Source: Thermoplasmatota archaeon (lineage in GTDB: Archaea > Thermoplasmatota > E2 > DHVEG-1). Taken from it: DNA of 55,571 bases. The first letter of the stretch is position 1. Each line of letters opens with the position of its first letter. A program made the translations under genes and the position numbers. Shown piece after piece: positions 1 through 11,640 of the stretch. The notes below the pieces were generated by a model. The model did not search any database, was not told where the DNA came from, and worked only from the letters and a program-made list of their open reading frames with translations. The stretch lies in contig JARVGL010000003.1 of assembly GCA_029762575.1 (NCBI GenBank), positions 1 to 55,571 of the forward strand, in the 5' to 3' direction.

Positions 1-1
1 C

Positions 2-1966
2 ATGAAGGAATTTGAAGAATTATTACAACAAGTTCCTATAGAATCTATCCTATTTCATTCACGGCGAAATCATTTTTCGAACTGGCTTATGGCCAGATGT
101 GAATTCGGTCTTGCTCGTAAATTACGACAGATCAAAGTATCCGATTTTTCAGATGTCACTTCTATGAGAGATTATCTTATCAGGGTTTTTAATGATACAC
201 GGAGAAATAAGCAACGAGGCATTATAACAGATTTCTCAGGTCAAAAATTCGAATTCGATTCTTCTTTCACACGTCTAAGAGGAGATTCTCTTGGAGGAAA
301 AGGACGAGGGCTAGCGTTTATGCGTGCACTCATCACACGATACGCTCTCGATAAAAAATATGAGGATGTGGTTATTAAAGTCCCAAATACCGTTGTGATT
401 GGTACATTAGAGTTCGATAGATTTGTTGCTGACAATGATCTTTATCGATTCATACGAAATGAAGAAAGCAATGACGAAGAAATAGCTCGAGAGTTTATTT
501 CATGTGAGATATGTGATGAACTCAAACAGAATCTTGCAAGAATCCTAGAACATTTCACGGCACCTATTGCGGTTCGATCATCTAGTCTTCTTGAGGATTA
601 TCAAAATCATCCTTTCGCAGGTATGTATCATACCTTTCTATTACCTAATAACCATAAGGATGATTCGATCCGCTTACAGCAACTCTGTCATGCGATAAAG
701 CTTATCTACGCATCCGTCTTTTTCAAGGAACCCCGTTCATATGCAAAATCATTATCATTAAAAATAGAAGAGGAAAAGATGGCAATCATCATCCAAGATC
801 TCGTGGGACAACAATACAACGGTCATTTTTATCCAACGATATCAGGTATAGCAAAATCATATAACTTCTATCCTATTTCTCATCAAACCGCGGAAGATGG
901 TATAGCAAATATTGCAGTTGGTTTTGGTAATACGGTGGTAGGCGGCGGGAAAGTCTTTCGTTTTTCCCCGAAGTACCCTAACGTTAATCCAGATTTTTCA
1001 ACCCCTGAATCGATCTTGGAGAACTCGCAACGGGATCTTTATGTCCTTGGCACCTCAAACAACGATACCTATCTTGATACGCCTTTTATTGATACTCTTA
1101 AGAAATTAAACGTGTCTGAGATCCGTTCGGAAGGATCCCTTGATCTTGTAGCAAGCACCTATGATAGAGATGATGCAATGATAAGAGATGGACTATCTGA
1201 GGGCGGGTTTCCGCTTATAACCTTTGCAGGTATTTTGAAATATGATGCATTCCCTCTTTCGTCGATCCTCCAGGATCTCTTAGAGCTAGGTCAAAAAGGA
1301 ATGGGTTGCCCCGTCGAATTCGAGTTTGCGGTATCAATCGATCCTGAAAAGAGAACACCGCCCACTTTTGCTATTTTGCAAATACGACCATTTGTCATAA
1401 ACAAAGAAACAATAGACCTAGATTGGGACATTATAAAACAGGAGCAGATATTCATTCGATCAGACCGTGCACTGGGAAACGGGTTGATAGAAGAAATAAA
1501 AGATGTTGTTTATATACCTTTGAATACGTTTGATTCAGCAAGAACCGTTGAAATGGCCGATGAGATCGGATCGATTAATAATAAATTGACATCAACTTCC
1601 TCGCCCTATTTGTTAATTGGTCCAGGTAGATGGGGTACTCAGGATAGATGGCTTGGCGTACCAGTTCGTTGGGATCATATATCTCAGGTCCGGGTCATCG
1701 TTGAAACTGCACTTGAGTCTTTCAATATTAAGCCATCGCAGGGCACGCATTTCTTTCAGAATATGATCAGCCGAGGTATTGGATATATAGATATTCCCTT
1801 ACATTCAAAAGACTGCTTTGTTGATTGGGGCTGGTTGGAGAAGCAAAAAGTTCAGAATAAACTGACATATGTCTCCCATATTCGTCTATCCTCTCCTCTC
1901 ATTGTAAAACTCGATGGGCGGCAAGGATACGCAGTTATACTTAAACCAGAAAAACGAAAAAAATAG
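2..1966 (+). CDS. PEP/pyruvate-binding (PPDK_N, ATP-grasp) domain protein, PEP synthase-like; probably 5'-truncated by the window
   Basis: Motifs GGKGRGLAF, AVRSSSLLED, FAGMY, EEKMAIIIQ, ILQIRP, GPGRWG, SQGTHFFQN; no phospho-His swivel domain visible; ORF starts at window edge. Confidence 0.8.
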   Translation: MKEFEELLQQVPIESILFHSRRNHFSNWLMARCEFGLARKLRQIKVSDFSDVTSMRDYLIRVFNDTRRNKQRGIITDFSGQKFEFDSSFTRLRGDSLGGKGRGLAFMRALITRYALDKKYEDVVIKVPNTVVIGTLEFDRFVADNDLYRFIRNEESNDEEIAREFISCEICDELKQNLARILEHFTAPIAVRSSSLLEDYQNHPFAGMYHTFLLPNNHKDDSIRLQQLCHAIKLIYASVFFKEPRSYAKSLSLKIEEEKMAIIIQDLVGQQYNGHFYPTISGIAKSYNFYPISHQTAEDGIANIAVGFGNTVVGGGKVFRFSPKYPNVNPDFSTPESILENSQRDLYVLGTSNNDTYLDTPFIDTLKKLNVSEIRSEGSLDLVASTYDRDDAMIRDGLSEGGFPLITFAGILKYDAFPLSSILQDLLELGQKGMGCPVEFEFAVSIDPEKRTPPTFAILQIRPFVINKETIDLDWDIIKQEQIFIRSDRALGNGLIEEIKDVVYIPLNTFDSARTVEMADEIGSINNKLTSTSSPYLLIGPGRWGTQDRWLGVPVRWDHISQVRVIVETALESFNIKPSQGTHFFQNMISRGIGYIDIPLHSKDCFVDWGWLEKQKVQNKLTYVSHIRLSSPLIVKLDGRQGYAVILKPEKRKK

Positions 1967-2045
1967 CTAAACCCACTTCTCCATAAATATAATTAAAGAA
2001 TCTTGGATATATCCATTTATTAAAATCGATGGGTGTGTATGATTC

Positions 2046-4258
<2,213 letters not shown>

Positions 4259-4562
4259 GATGAATCCCTTTTTTCATATTTTCTTCTAGATATGGTATGT
4301 TGTTTTTAGCATTCGCCAACATATATTATAATGAGGCTTTAAGGGGGGAGAGGGGTGAGACATTTTTATTGTTGTCTTTTGTGCTTTCATTATATTTCAC
4401 GGCAATCTTTAAATATTACATATGTTATAAATATTTTTTATTGGAAGGGGTGTAACAACCTTTTTTTTATAACATTCTTACACCCTTTCTTCCCTCCCTC
4501 ACATCTTTTTTAGCAATTGGATATATGCTTAAAGACAAAGAACGAATTGAAAGATTAGTCCA

Positions 4563-5870
4563 TCAGCTGGAGGGATTCTCAACAGCACCCATAAATAGTA
4601 TGGTTCCTGTATCCCGATGATGTAAGGTGAAGAGGAATGGATGGTCACAATCAAAGACGATTCGAGAACTACCACCGCCATTGATCGATTTTAATTCCAT
4701 TATGACTGCGGTAGCCGCAGCAGCCTCTGTGCCTTCTTCATTTACATCGATATATGCTTTATGTAGAACATCACTGATCCGTAACTCTTTGTTTCCTGTT
4801 ATCCCTGAAAAATCTGCATTCATGCCAAATGCATCTCTTATGCCAAGGTTTTGGAGATAGTCATTTAAAGTAAGGACTGGGGTTTCGATTTTGAATGTTG
4901 GTAGATAGATATCAACCTCTTGTTTCTCCATAGATTCGAACCATCTGTTATATGCTGTCTCATCTATCGACTCTACTACAGTCGAAAGATCTGTTTGTGT
5001 TTTAGGTAGGATGATGACCATGGAAAGAGAATTGCCTGCATAGGGGAGTTCAAGGATCTGAAGTGTATCGGTCTCAGTATAGTTGAATCTCTCTTTCGTT
5101 CCCACCATTGTCATTGTTGGTACATTTGTTATAATTCCTTCCGATACTTCAAAATCTCTATTGGTGGTGTTCTGTTCATCGAATTGTACTTCCCATGTTC
5201 CTTTGAAATAGATAGCGTTTGTAAGGATCAATCGACACAGTACAGGATCGATAGCATCGGGTGGTATGAGGTCTTTAATGAGATTGTTTGTATTGTCTTC
5301 GACCCATTGGTTTATGATCTGTGCTGCTTCCGTTGGATCTGAAAAATCAATTGATTGAGACGCTGCATGATAATAAGTTTCAACAGTTGAAAGATATGAG
5401 CTGAGGATTTCATAATTCTCCTTGATCCATAGAGCGTTTGCAGTACTGAGGGTGTAGAGATCCTTTTGGTTTAGATATGAATAGAGAGAACTAACGTAGG
5501 TATGAAACGAGATATTGTCCTGGGGGATCTTTAGGACATCAGCCATTTCGCTAGCTGTCTTTCCACTAGCGCCCTCATAGGTCATTGCAAGAGCGGTAAA
5601 AACACTATAAGGAGAATAAAAGAGGTTATCTTCCTTTAAAGGGTCATTGGTCATTTGTTTTAAGAGATCAAAAGCAAAACTATTGATCGTTTTCACATAG
5701 GCTGTGCTATCTTCCTGGTTTAATGATGGTATAGTGTTTGAAGGATCATCAAATATACTATCATCTGAAACGTTCAAAGGGTTGAAGATAACATATACTG
5801 ATATTACAGAGAGTACAACAAATGACGCTAGAAAACAAAAGATCATTTTTCTTTTCGTCATATTCATCAC
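4563..5870 (-). CDS. Serpin with N-terminal membrane anchor/signal; inhibitory-type hinge
   Basis: NLFYSPYS, INQWVEDNTNNLIKDL, LTNAIYFKGTW, hinge EEGTEAAAAT, FDCDHPFLF, ILFMG. Confidence 0.95.
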   Translation of the reverse strand: MMNMTKRKMIFCFLASFVVLSVISVYVIFNPLNVSDDSIFDDPSNTIPSLNQEDSTAYVKTINSFAFDLLKQMTNDPLKEDNLFYSPYSVFTALAMTYEGASGKTASEMADVLKIPQDNISFHTYVSSLYSYLNQKDLYTLSTANALWIKENYEILSSYLSTVETYYHAASQSIDFSDPTEAAQIINQWVEDNTNNLIKDLIPPDAIDPVLCRLILTNAIYFKGTWEVQFDEQNTTNRDFEVSEGIITNVPTMTMVGTKERFNYTETDTLQILELPYAGNSLSMVIILPKTQTDLSTVVESIDETAYNRWFESMEKQEVDIYLPTFKIETPVLTLNDYLQNLGIRDAFGMNADFSGITGNKELRISDVLHKAYIDVNEEGTEAAAATAVIMELKSINGGGSSRIVFDCDHPFLFTLHHRDTGTILFMGAVENPSS

Positions 5871-6040
5871 ACATAATAATGAACGGGGACATGATATTTA
5901 AAAATAAAGATATTGTTTGGAAAAAACCAACATAAAAGACATTAGAAGAAAAACAAGAAACAGTGGGGGCTACGAGACAGCCTTACAATAGATAAATGAG
6001 TACTTAATTGAAAAGGTGGATCTGATGAAAGGAAAGGCAT

Positions 6041-7696
6041 CTACGCAAGTTGCTTTATCGCGGTCTTATCTATATATTCTTTTTTTTTAGCTGCTGCTTT
6101 GATGAACCCATTGAACAAAGGTGATGGTTTAAGTGGACGTGATTTGAACTCTGGATGGGCCTGTGTCGCTACAAAGAACGGATGATCTGGTAGTTCTAAG
6201 AACTCCATAAGGACGCCATCTGGTGAATGACCTGAGAACATAAGACCACATTTCTCAAGTGTCTCAACATATTCTGGGTTCACCTCATACCGATGTCTAT
6301 GTCTCTCGGTGACCTCTGTAGCATTATAGAGTTTATTGACGATTGTTCCTTTTTTGATTACTGCGGGGTATGATCCCAGTCGCATGGTTGCCCCATATCG
6401 GGATTCCTGTAGGATGTTTACTTGTTCAGGGATATAATCGATGACTGGATATCTTGTATGTTTATTGACCTCTTTGGAATGAGCGCCTTCTAATTTACAG
6501 ACATGTTGCGCATAATCAACGACAGCTAATTGCATCCCTAGACAGAGGCCAAGAAATGGAATGTTGTGTTCACGTACATATTTGATTGCATCGATCTTTC
6601 CTTGTATCCCTGAGAGACCAAAACCACCGGGGATGATGATACCATCTACTGATTCCAATGTTTTAAGTTTCGTTGGATTGTCTTCAAAATCCTTGGAATC
6701 GATCCATTGTATCTTTGGTTCAAGGTTGTTTGCCCATGAGGCATGTTTCACTGCTTCGATTACAGAGATATATGAATCAGATAGTTTCGATGTACCAATA
6801 TCAAAATATTTTCCAACGATGCCAATCGTGACCGCCGTATCAAGATTTCGAATATTAGTGATAAACTCCTTCCAGGGTTTGATGTCCTCAACATCCTTAC
6901 GGAGATGTAATTTCTTAAGTATCTTCCTACAGAGATCTTGTTCCTCGAAAAGCAGGGGTACTGCATAGACATGATCGATATTAGAATCGGAGATGACATC
7001 ATCCTCATGAATGTTACAGAACAATGCTATCTTTTCCCGTCTTACAATGTCTAGGGGGTCATCTGAACGAGCGACGATAAAATCAGGTTGAATACCGATC
7101 TCCCTCAGTAGCTTTACCGAATGTTGTGTTGGTTTAGTTTTCGCTTCACCTAATGCATCAAGGACTGGAACATAGGTTACATGGATGAAAATGACCTTAT
7201 CTCCTTCAAGTTTCATCTGACGGACCGCTTCAAAGAATAAGACATTTTCATAGTCACCGACGGTCCCACCGATCTCTACAAGAACGAAATCGAACTTTCC
7301 TTCTTTTGCCGGTCGTCTCACTCGTTTCTTGATCTCATCGGTGACATGTGGAATAGGTTGAACAGTTTTTCCAAGATATTCTCCTTTCCGTTCTTTTTCT
7401 ATCACTGCACCATAGACCTGACCTGAAGTGATATTATGATGTTTTGGAATATTTATATCAAGGAATCTTTCATAATGGCCAAGGTCCTGATCTATCTCTC
7501 CGCCATCTTCAGTGACCCATACCTCTCCATGTTCTGTTGGACGTAACGTTCCTGCATCACAGTTGATATAGGGGTCTATTTTCATAGCGGTGACATTGTA
7601 TCCATGGAGTTGAAGGATCTTGCCAACCGATGCTGTAGTGATACCTTTACCTAACCCTGAAACAACTCCACCTGTTACAATAATATAATTGACCAT
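6041..7696 (-). CDS. pyrG: CTP synthase
   Basis: TGGVVSGLGKG, KIDPYIN, KTKPTQHS, GLCLGMQ, ERHRHRYEVN, QAHPEF. Confidence 0.98.
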   Translation of the reverse strand: MVNYIIVTGGVVSGLGKGITTASVGKILQLHGYNVTAMKIDPYINCDAGTLRPTEHGEVWVTEDGGEIDQDLGHYERFLDINIPKHHNITSGQVYGAVIEKERKGEYLGKTVQPIPHVTDEIKKRVRRPAKEGKFDFVLVEIGGTVGDYENVLFFEAVRQMKLEGDKVIFIHVTYVPVLDALGEAKTKPTQHSVKLLREIGIQPDFIVARSDDPLDIVRREKIALFCNIHEDDVISDSNIDHVYAVPLLFEEQDLCRKILKKLHLRKDVEDIKPWKEFITNIRNLDTAVTIGIVGKYFDIGTSKLSDSYISVIEAVKHASWANNLEPKIQWIDSKDFEDNPTKLKTLESVDGIIIPGGFGLSGIQGKIDAIKYVREHNIPFLGLCLGMQLAVVDYAQHVCKLEGAHSKEVNKHTRYPVIDYIPEQVNILQESRYGATMRLGSYPAVIKKGTIVNKLYNATEVTERHRHRYEVNPEYVETLEKCGLMFSGHSPDGVLMEFLELPDHPFFVATQAHPEFKSRPLKPSPLFNGFIKAAAKKKEYIDKTAIKQLA

Positions 7697-7848
7697 GGAA
7701 AATCAACAGCATCACGTAATGTTTGTCCCCATTAAAATTATTTTGCCTAACGTCTCGTCATTGATTTATCAATAAAATTTGATGTTAATGATGGAAAAAG
7801 GAAAAAATAAGGGTTATTCTTTTATAGTTGATTTGGTGCTTTCTGCCC

Positions 7849-8139
7849 TTATTTTGTTGATAAAGTTATTTCGATTGATGAGACGTTTGAACTCCTACCT
7901 TCTTCATTAGTTATAGTCTCTGTTCCAATCACAATGTCTTTTACTTTTGCGTCTTTGACAAATCGATTCCTCACTATTTCCGCGGTGTCAACTGCTCTAC
8001 TGATGGCTCGGCCTCTTGCTTTGATCATGACAATATCTGATCCGCCGTTGAACTGTGTGACAACTGCTAGAACGTAGCTCATTGGTGGTTTGTTCCCTAC
8101 AAATATGGTGTTTTCGTCGTTTCTTTCATTTTCTGTCAT
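7849..8139 (-). CDS. albA: Chromatin protein Alba
   Basis: [35 protein letters not shown]; GGAGGT RBS upstream on minus strand. Confidence 0.97.
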   Translation of the reverse strand: MTENERNDENTIFVGNKPPMSYVLAVVTQFNGGSDIVMIKARGRAISRAVDTAEIVRNRFVKDAKVKDIVIGTETITNEEGRSSNVSSIEITLSTK

Positions 8140-8404
8140 ACTTCTTTACCTCCCGAAGCACTTTTGTCTTTTTGATGTTACTAGTACGCCTCAAAACATA
8201 TCTAGAATTAATAAACCTTTCGTTATAAGTATTAGGAGATATGATATGTGGGGGGACATGAACTCATAAAATAACTCTGATATAAGGTTTAGATCTCTGT
8301 AACTAGTTTTAATCGTTTCATACTACCAATTTTTTGAAATAATTCAAAATATTTAAATCACAATATTATATTTTGTATGTGGATATGGTCGGGAGGAGTG
8401 AGGA

Positions 8405-9397
8405 ATGAATATACGATTCATCGCATTATTAATTATTGTGATTCTTGTAACTGCTGGCGTAACCACACTTCTTCATAGTGAACCTACTATCAAGAGATCA
8501 CCAATTATACGGGCTTTTGCCGACCCATGCTCCGGTAAAGCTCCTTTTACAAGTTCCTTTTCCTTCGAAAAGATAGATGCCCAAGCAAGGATCACTTCCG
8601 TTCTTTGGGATTTTGGAGATGGCACTAGTTCCTCTCAACATGTAACGAACAATACCTATCCTTTGGCCGGGCATTATCGTGTAGAACTCACTGTTTGGTC
8701 TAGTGAGGTCTTTGTCACTGAAACCATTGATATCACCGTATTAGATTTCCCTATACCAATCGTGTCTATTTCTGCTGATACTACCTGTGGAAAACCACCA
8801 TTCACCGTCTCATTCACAAGTAACTCATATGATACCGATGGTTCTATCGATAGATATCTATGGGATTTTGGAGATGGAACTACATCATCAAAACAGTACC
8901 CGAAACATACCTATGAAGAACCCGGTGTCTATTATGTCTGGCATACAGTTATCGATAATGATGGTCAACAAAATTCTGCTAGACTTCAGATAAATGTTAT
9001 TGAAAATTATCCCCCAGTTGTTACCATATCCGCAGACATTACTTCAGGAAGAGCTCCTTTGACCGTCAACTTTGTATCTGAATGTCAGGATATCGATGGT
9101 GATGATCTCGTGTATCGTTGGGTGTTTGAAGATACGTTACTACCTAAAAATAGAGAGAGCACTTTGCAAAACCCGTCCCATACATTCTGGCTTCCAGGCA
9201 TCTATGATGTCAGGGTCTATGTGACAGATGAGGATGGAGCGATGGATACGTCTACGATTAGGATAACCGTACAGGAAAGTCTGTTTTCCTGGGCTCTTCA
9301 AAAAGGTCTTACCTCTCTTATACATCGAGCCTTGCCTGAAACAGGCGGCCCAGTTCTAGGTTTACTTCTTGATAGATTGGTGAACATTATCATATAG
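8405..9397 (+). CDS. Secreted/surface protein with three PKD domains
   Basis: N-terminal hydrophobic helix; three repeats starting GKAPF/GKPPF/GRAPL with WDFGDG or WVFED and YxxPGxY-like motifs; GGGAGGAG RBS. Confidence 0.88.
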   Translation: MNIRFIALLIIVILVTAGVTTLLHSEPTIKRSPIIRAFADPCSGKAPFTSSFSFEKIDAQARITSVLWDFGDGTSSSQHVTNNTYPLAGHYRVELTVWSSEVFVTETIDITVLDFPIPIVSISADTTCGKPPFTVSFTSNSYDTDGSIDRYLWDFGDGTTSSKQYPKHTYEEPGVYYVWHTVIDNDGQQNSARLQINVIENYPPVVTISADITSGRAPLTVNFVSECQDIDGDDLVYRWVFEDTLLPKNRESTLQNPSHTFWLPGIYDVRVYVTDEDGAMDTSTIRITVQESLFSWALQKGLTSLIHRALPETGGPVLGLLLDRLVNIII

Positions 9398-9432
9398 TAA
9401 AGAATCAAAAACAAGAGTCTGATGACCCGAAC

Positions 9433-10779
9433 CTATATTTCCTCCTTTATATTCTTTAGTTTTTCAATGACCTCGATAGGTGTTTTTCCTAAGAGTCGTA
9501 TCATTGGTTCCTTTCCGATCCCTCCGGTATCAAAGATGATATCCGGACAGACGGTTGTATCCTGTAGCGCAGTGGTTGTCCCCCAATCCATTGAAGATAC
9601 CTGTGGTGGTTCCTCAGCTCGGTCAAATGATGTGACAGTATACCCTGTTTTTGTACATAGCGAAAGAATTTGTGGAGAGTACCGGATATTCAATGCACAT
9701 CGTATCGATGGATAATATCTAAGGGTTGCAAGGATGATTGATGCGATATGTTTGGAAGCACCAAATCGTAGTGGTCCACAACGATAAGGTTTTGCTGTTC
9801 TTCGAACGATTCTTCCATCGAGAGCACAGATATCAGTGTGAGCCTTTGCATGAGGAATCGCATATCCAATGTTGCACCCTACTTCCGGGATATAGGATGT
9901 GGGAAGAGTAGTCAAAAGGCTTGACAATGCTGCATAGAGGGTCATCCATGTATCTGTATGGTCTTGCGTTAATAGGTCAAAGGGAGCATCTTCAACAGTT
10001 GATTGAGAGACCGCTAATACATCTGCACCCTTTCCTATGATATAACCTGAGTTGATCATCTGCCATAATATCGGTTTTGCTTGAAAGAACGATTCCTGTA
10101 CCGTGTATCCTTTTGCAAGAAAACCGGTTATCAGAGCTGAAAAGGTACATCCTGATCCATGGGCTTTTTTACTAGGTGTCTTTGGTAACTCTTGTTTGAT
10201 GAGTGTAGTGCCATCATACAATAGGTCACAAGCAGTATTTCCTAGGAGATGTCCACCCTTAACAATAACGTTTTTTGTTCCTAAACCATAGAGCAACTTT
10301 GCGGCCTGACCCATATCCTCAACTGTTTTGATGTTCATAGTGGCCAGTGTTTCTGCCTCAGAGATGTTAGGGGTGATGATCTCAGAGAGAGGGATAATCG
10401 TTTTTTTAAGAGTCATTACAAGATCAGAAGAGGAAAGGGTATCCCCGCTTGTTGCGATGAGAACAGGGTCAACAATAAGATGCCAGTTATATCTCTTCGT
10501 TGCCTGTGCAACCCTCTTTGCGATATCTGATTGATAGAGCAACCCTGTTTTAACGAATTGGACCGGTATATCTTCCATGATCGTTTCGATCTGGGCGGTG
10601 ATAAGGTCTGGTGGCAGTGGAAAGATGTGTTTTACGGTCTGGGTGTTTTGAACAGTACTACTTGTAAGTACACTTACTGGATGAAGGCCAATGCTCTGGA
10701 ATGCTTTAATATCTGTTTGAATACCTGCTCCACCGGATGGATCAGATCCGCCTATCGTCATAACTGGGATAGGTTCCAT
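9433..10779 (-). CDS. thiD: Bifunctional HMP/HMP-P kinase and thiamine-phosphate synthase (ThiD-ThiN fusion)
   Basis: IGGSDPSGGAGIQTD, VDPV, TPNISEA, KGGH, HGSGC; C-terminal IPEVGCNI, FGASKH, SSMDWG, GKEPMI. Confidence 0.93.
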   Translation of the reverse strand: MEPIPVMTIGGSDPSGGAGIQTDIKAFQSIGLHPVSVLTSSTVQNTQTVKHIFPLPPDLITAQIETIMEDIPVQFVKTGLLYQSDIAKRVAQATKRYNWHLIVDPVLIATSGDTLSSSDLVMTLKKTIIPLSEIITPNISEAETLATMNIKTVEDMGQAAKLLYGLGTKNVIVKGGHLLGNTACDLLYDGTTLIKQELPKTPSKKAHGSGCTFSALITGFLAKGYTVQESFFQAKPILWQMINSGYIIGKGADVLAVSQSTVEDAPFDLLTQDHTDTWMTLYAALSSLLTTLPTSYIPEVGCNIGYAIPHAKAHTDICALDGRIVRRTAKPYRCGPLRFGASKHIASIILATLRYYPSIRCALNIRYSPQILSLCTKTGYTVTSFDRAEEPPQVSSMDWGTTTALQDTTVCPDIIFDTGGIGKEPMIRLLGKTPIEVIEKLKNIKEEI

Positions 10780-10914
10780 AGAGAAACGGTAAGGTTTTGG
10801 GTTATGTATATGTTATGATTGGTTGCTGTTGATATTTTTTCAAATAGTTCGTTTTCCAATTCCATTATATATACTTGTATTAGACAGATATGTAACGTAC
10901 TGAGGCGATACAAT

Positions 10915-11019
10915 ATGGTCTATCAACTTCGTAAACAATGTGAAGAGAAATATGTAAGATATCTAGAGAAAAGATACGGGAAGAAACGAGCACTTCTCTT
11001 TTTACAGCACTCGTCCTAG
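10915..11019 (+). CDS. Putative 34-aa basic small protein MVYQLRKQCEEKYVRYLEKRYGKKRALLFLQHSS
   Basis: TATA-like TTATATA at ~10865, GAGG 10902-10905, ATG 10915; sits in an otherwise empty gap; helical-looking sequence. Confidence 0.45.
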   Translation: MVYQLRKQCEEKYVRYLEKRYGKKRALLFLQHSS

Positions 11020-11045
11020 CTAGCATACATAGTTTTTGTGTCGTT

Positions 11046-11561
11046 CTAGAAGTATTGTTGTTTTATTCGAACCAAACGCTCAACAGGGTTCTCGTACTTC
11101 TGTTTCATTGAATCATACTGTAGAGGATTCTTTTCTTCCCATTTCTCGAACTTAACCACATCAACATACATCTCAGGGAAATCATGGAACATATATTCCT
11201 TCTGCTTATCTGTTACAAAGAGATCATCAGTATCAAAAGCAAGGAAATAATCGATAAGAACCTGTTTGGCTCGTAAGAGATCATGTTCGAATTGTGGGTT
11301 ATCCTTTTGTTTTTCCTTGATATGGCGGAGGACAGTTTTTTCCTTGAGTTGTTTTTCAACATCTTTTTTAATATGGGTTTCTTGTTCATCCTGCATTCGT
11401 TCTTGTATTGAGTTTTGAACTAGTTTAGATAGGCTGATGTTATGTTCGTAGAGAAACGCATCCATGTATTTTGGTATGCTGACGTTCTTGCGTACATGGC
11501 TATACATCTCTTCTGTTGATAGAGAATCATATTCCTTTGTTATATCCTTTCGTTTTCCCAC
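11046..11561 (-). CDS. Hypothetical protein with N-terminal ribbon-helix-helix-like segment
   Basis: RKNVSIPKYMDAFLYEHNISLSKLVQNSIQERM fits a beta-alpha-alpha RHH pattern; start moved to GTG 11561 after AAGGGTGG. Confidence 0.6.
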   Translation of the reverse strand: MGKRKDITKEYDSLSTEEMYSHVRKNVSIPKYMDAFLYEHNISLSKLVQNSIQERMQDEQETHIKKDVEKQLKEKTVLRHIKEKQKDNPQFEHDLLRAKQVLIDYFLAFDTDDLFVTDKQKEYMFHDFPEMYVDVVKFEKWEEKNPLQYDSMKQKYENPVERLVRIKQQYF

Positions 11562-11584
11562 CGAGTCCACCCTTAAACAAGTAT

Positions 11585-11604
11585 TTACACAATATTTTGT
11601 GTAA
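11585..11604. promoter_or_regulatory. Perfect inverted repeat TTACACAA-tatt-TTGTGTAA, candidate operator
   Basis: 8-bp arms, 4-bp spacer, 24-43 bp upstream of the RHH gene start. Confidence 0.55.
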
Positions 11605-11640
11605 TGTGATGGGGGGTTAAATTTTTTTTCATTTATTCGA

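Noticed and set aside
4416-4427. TTACATATGTTA as a further BlaI-type box
   Set aside because: Spacing and right half do not match the local TAC-N5-GTA boxes
4355-4513. 52-codon GTG ORF with a strong G-rich RBS in the convergent gap
   Set aside because: Translation (MRHFYCCLLCFHY...) reflects T-rich low complexity and looks non-coding; not fully excluded
8606-8877. 17-nt exact repeat TGGGATTTTGGAGATGG
   Set aside because: Encodes the WDFGDG motif of tandem PKD domains; not a CRISPR or DGR repeat
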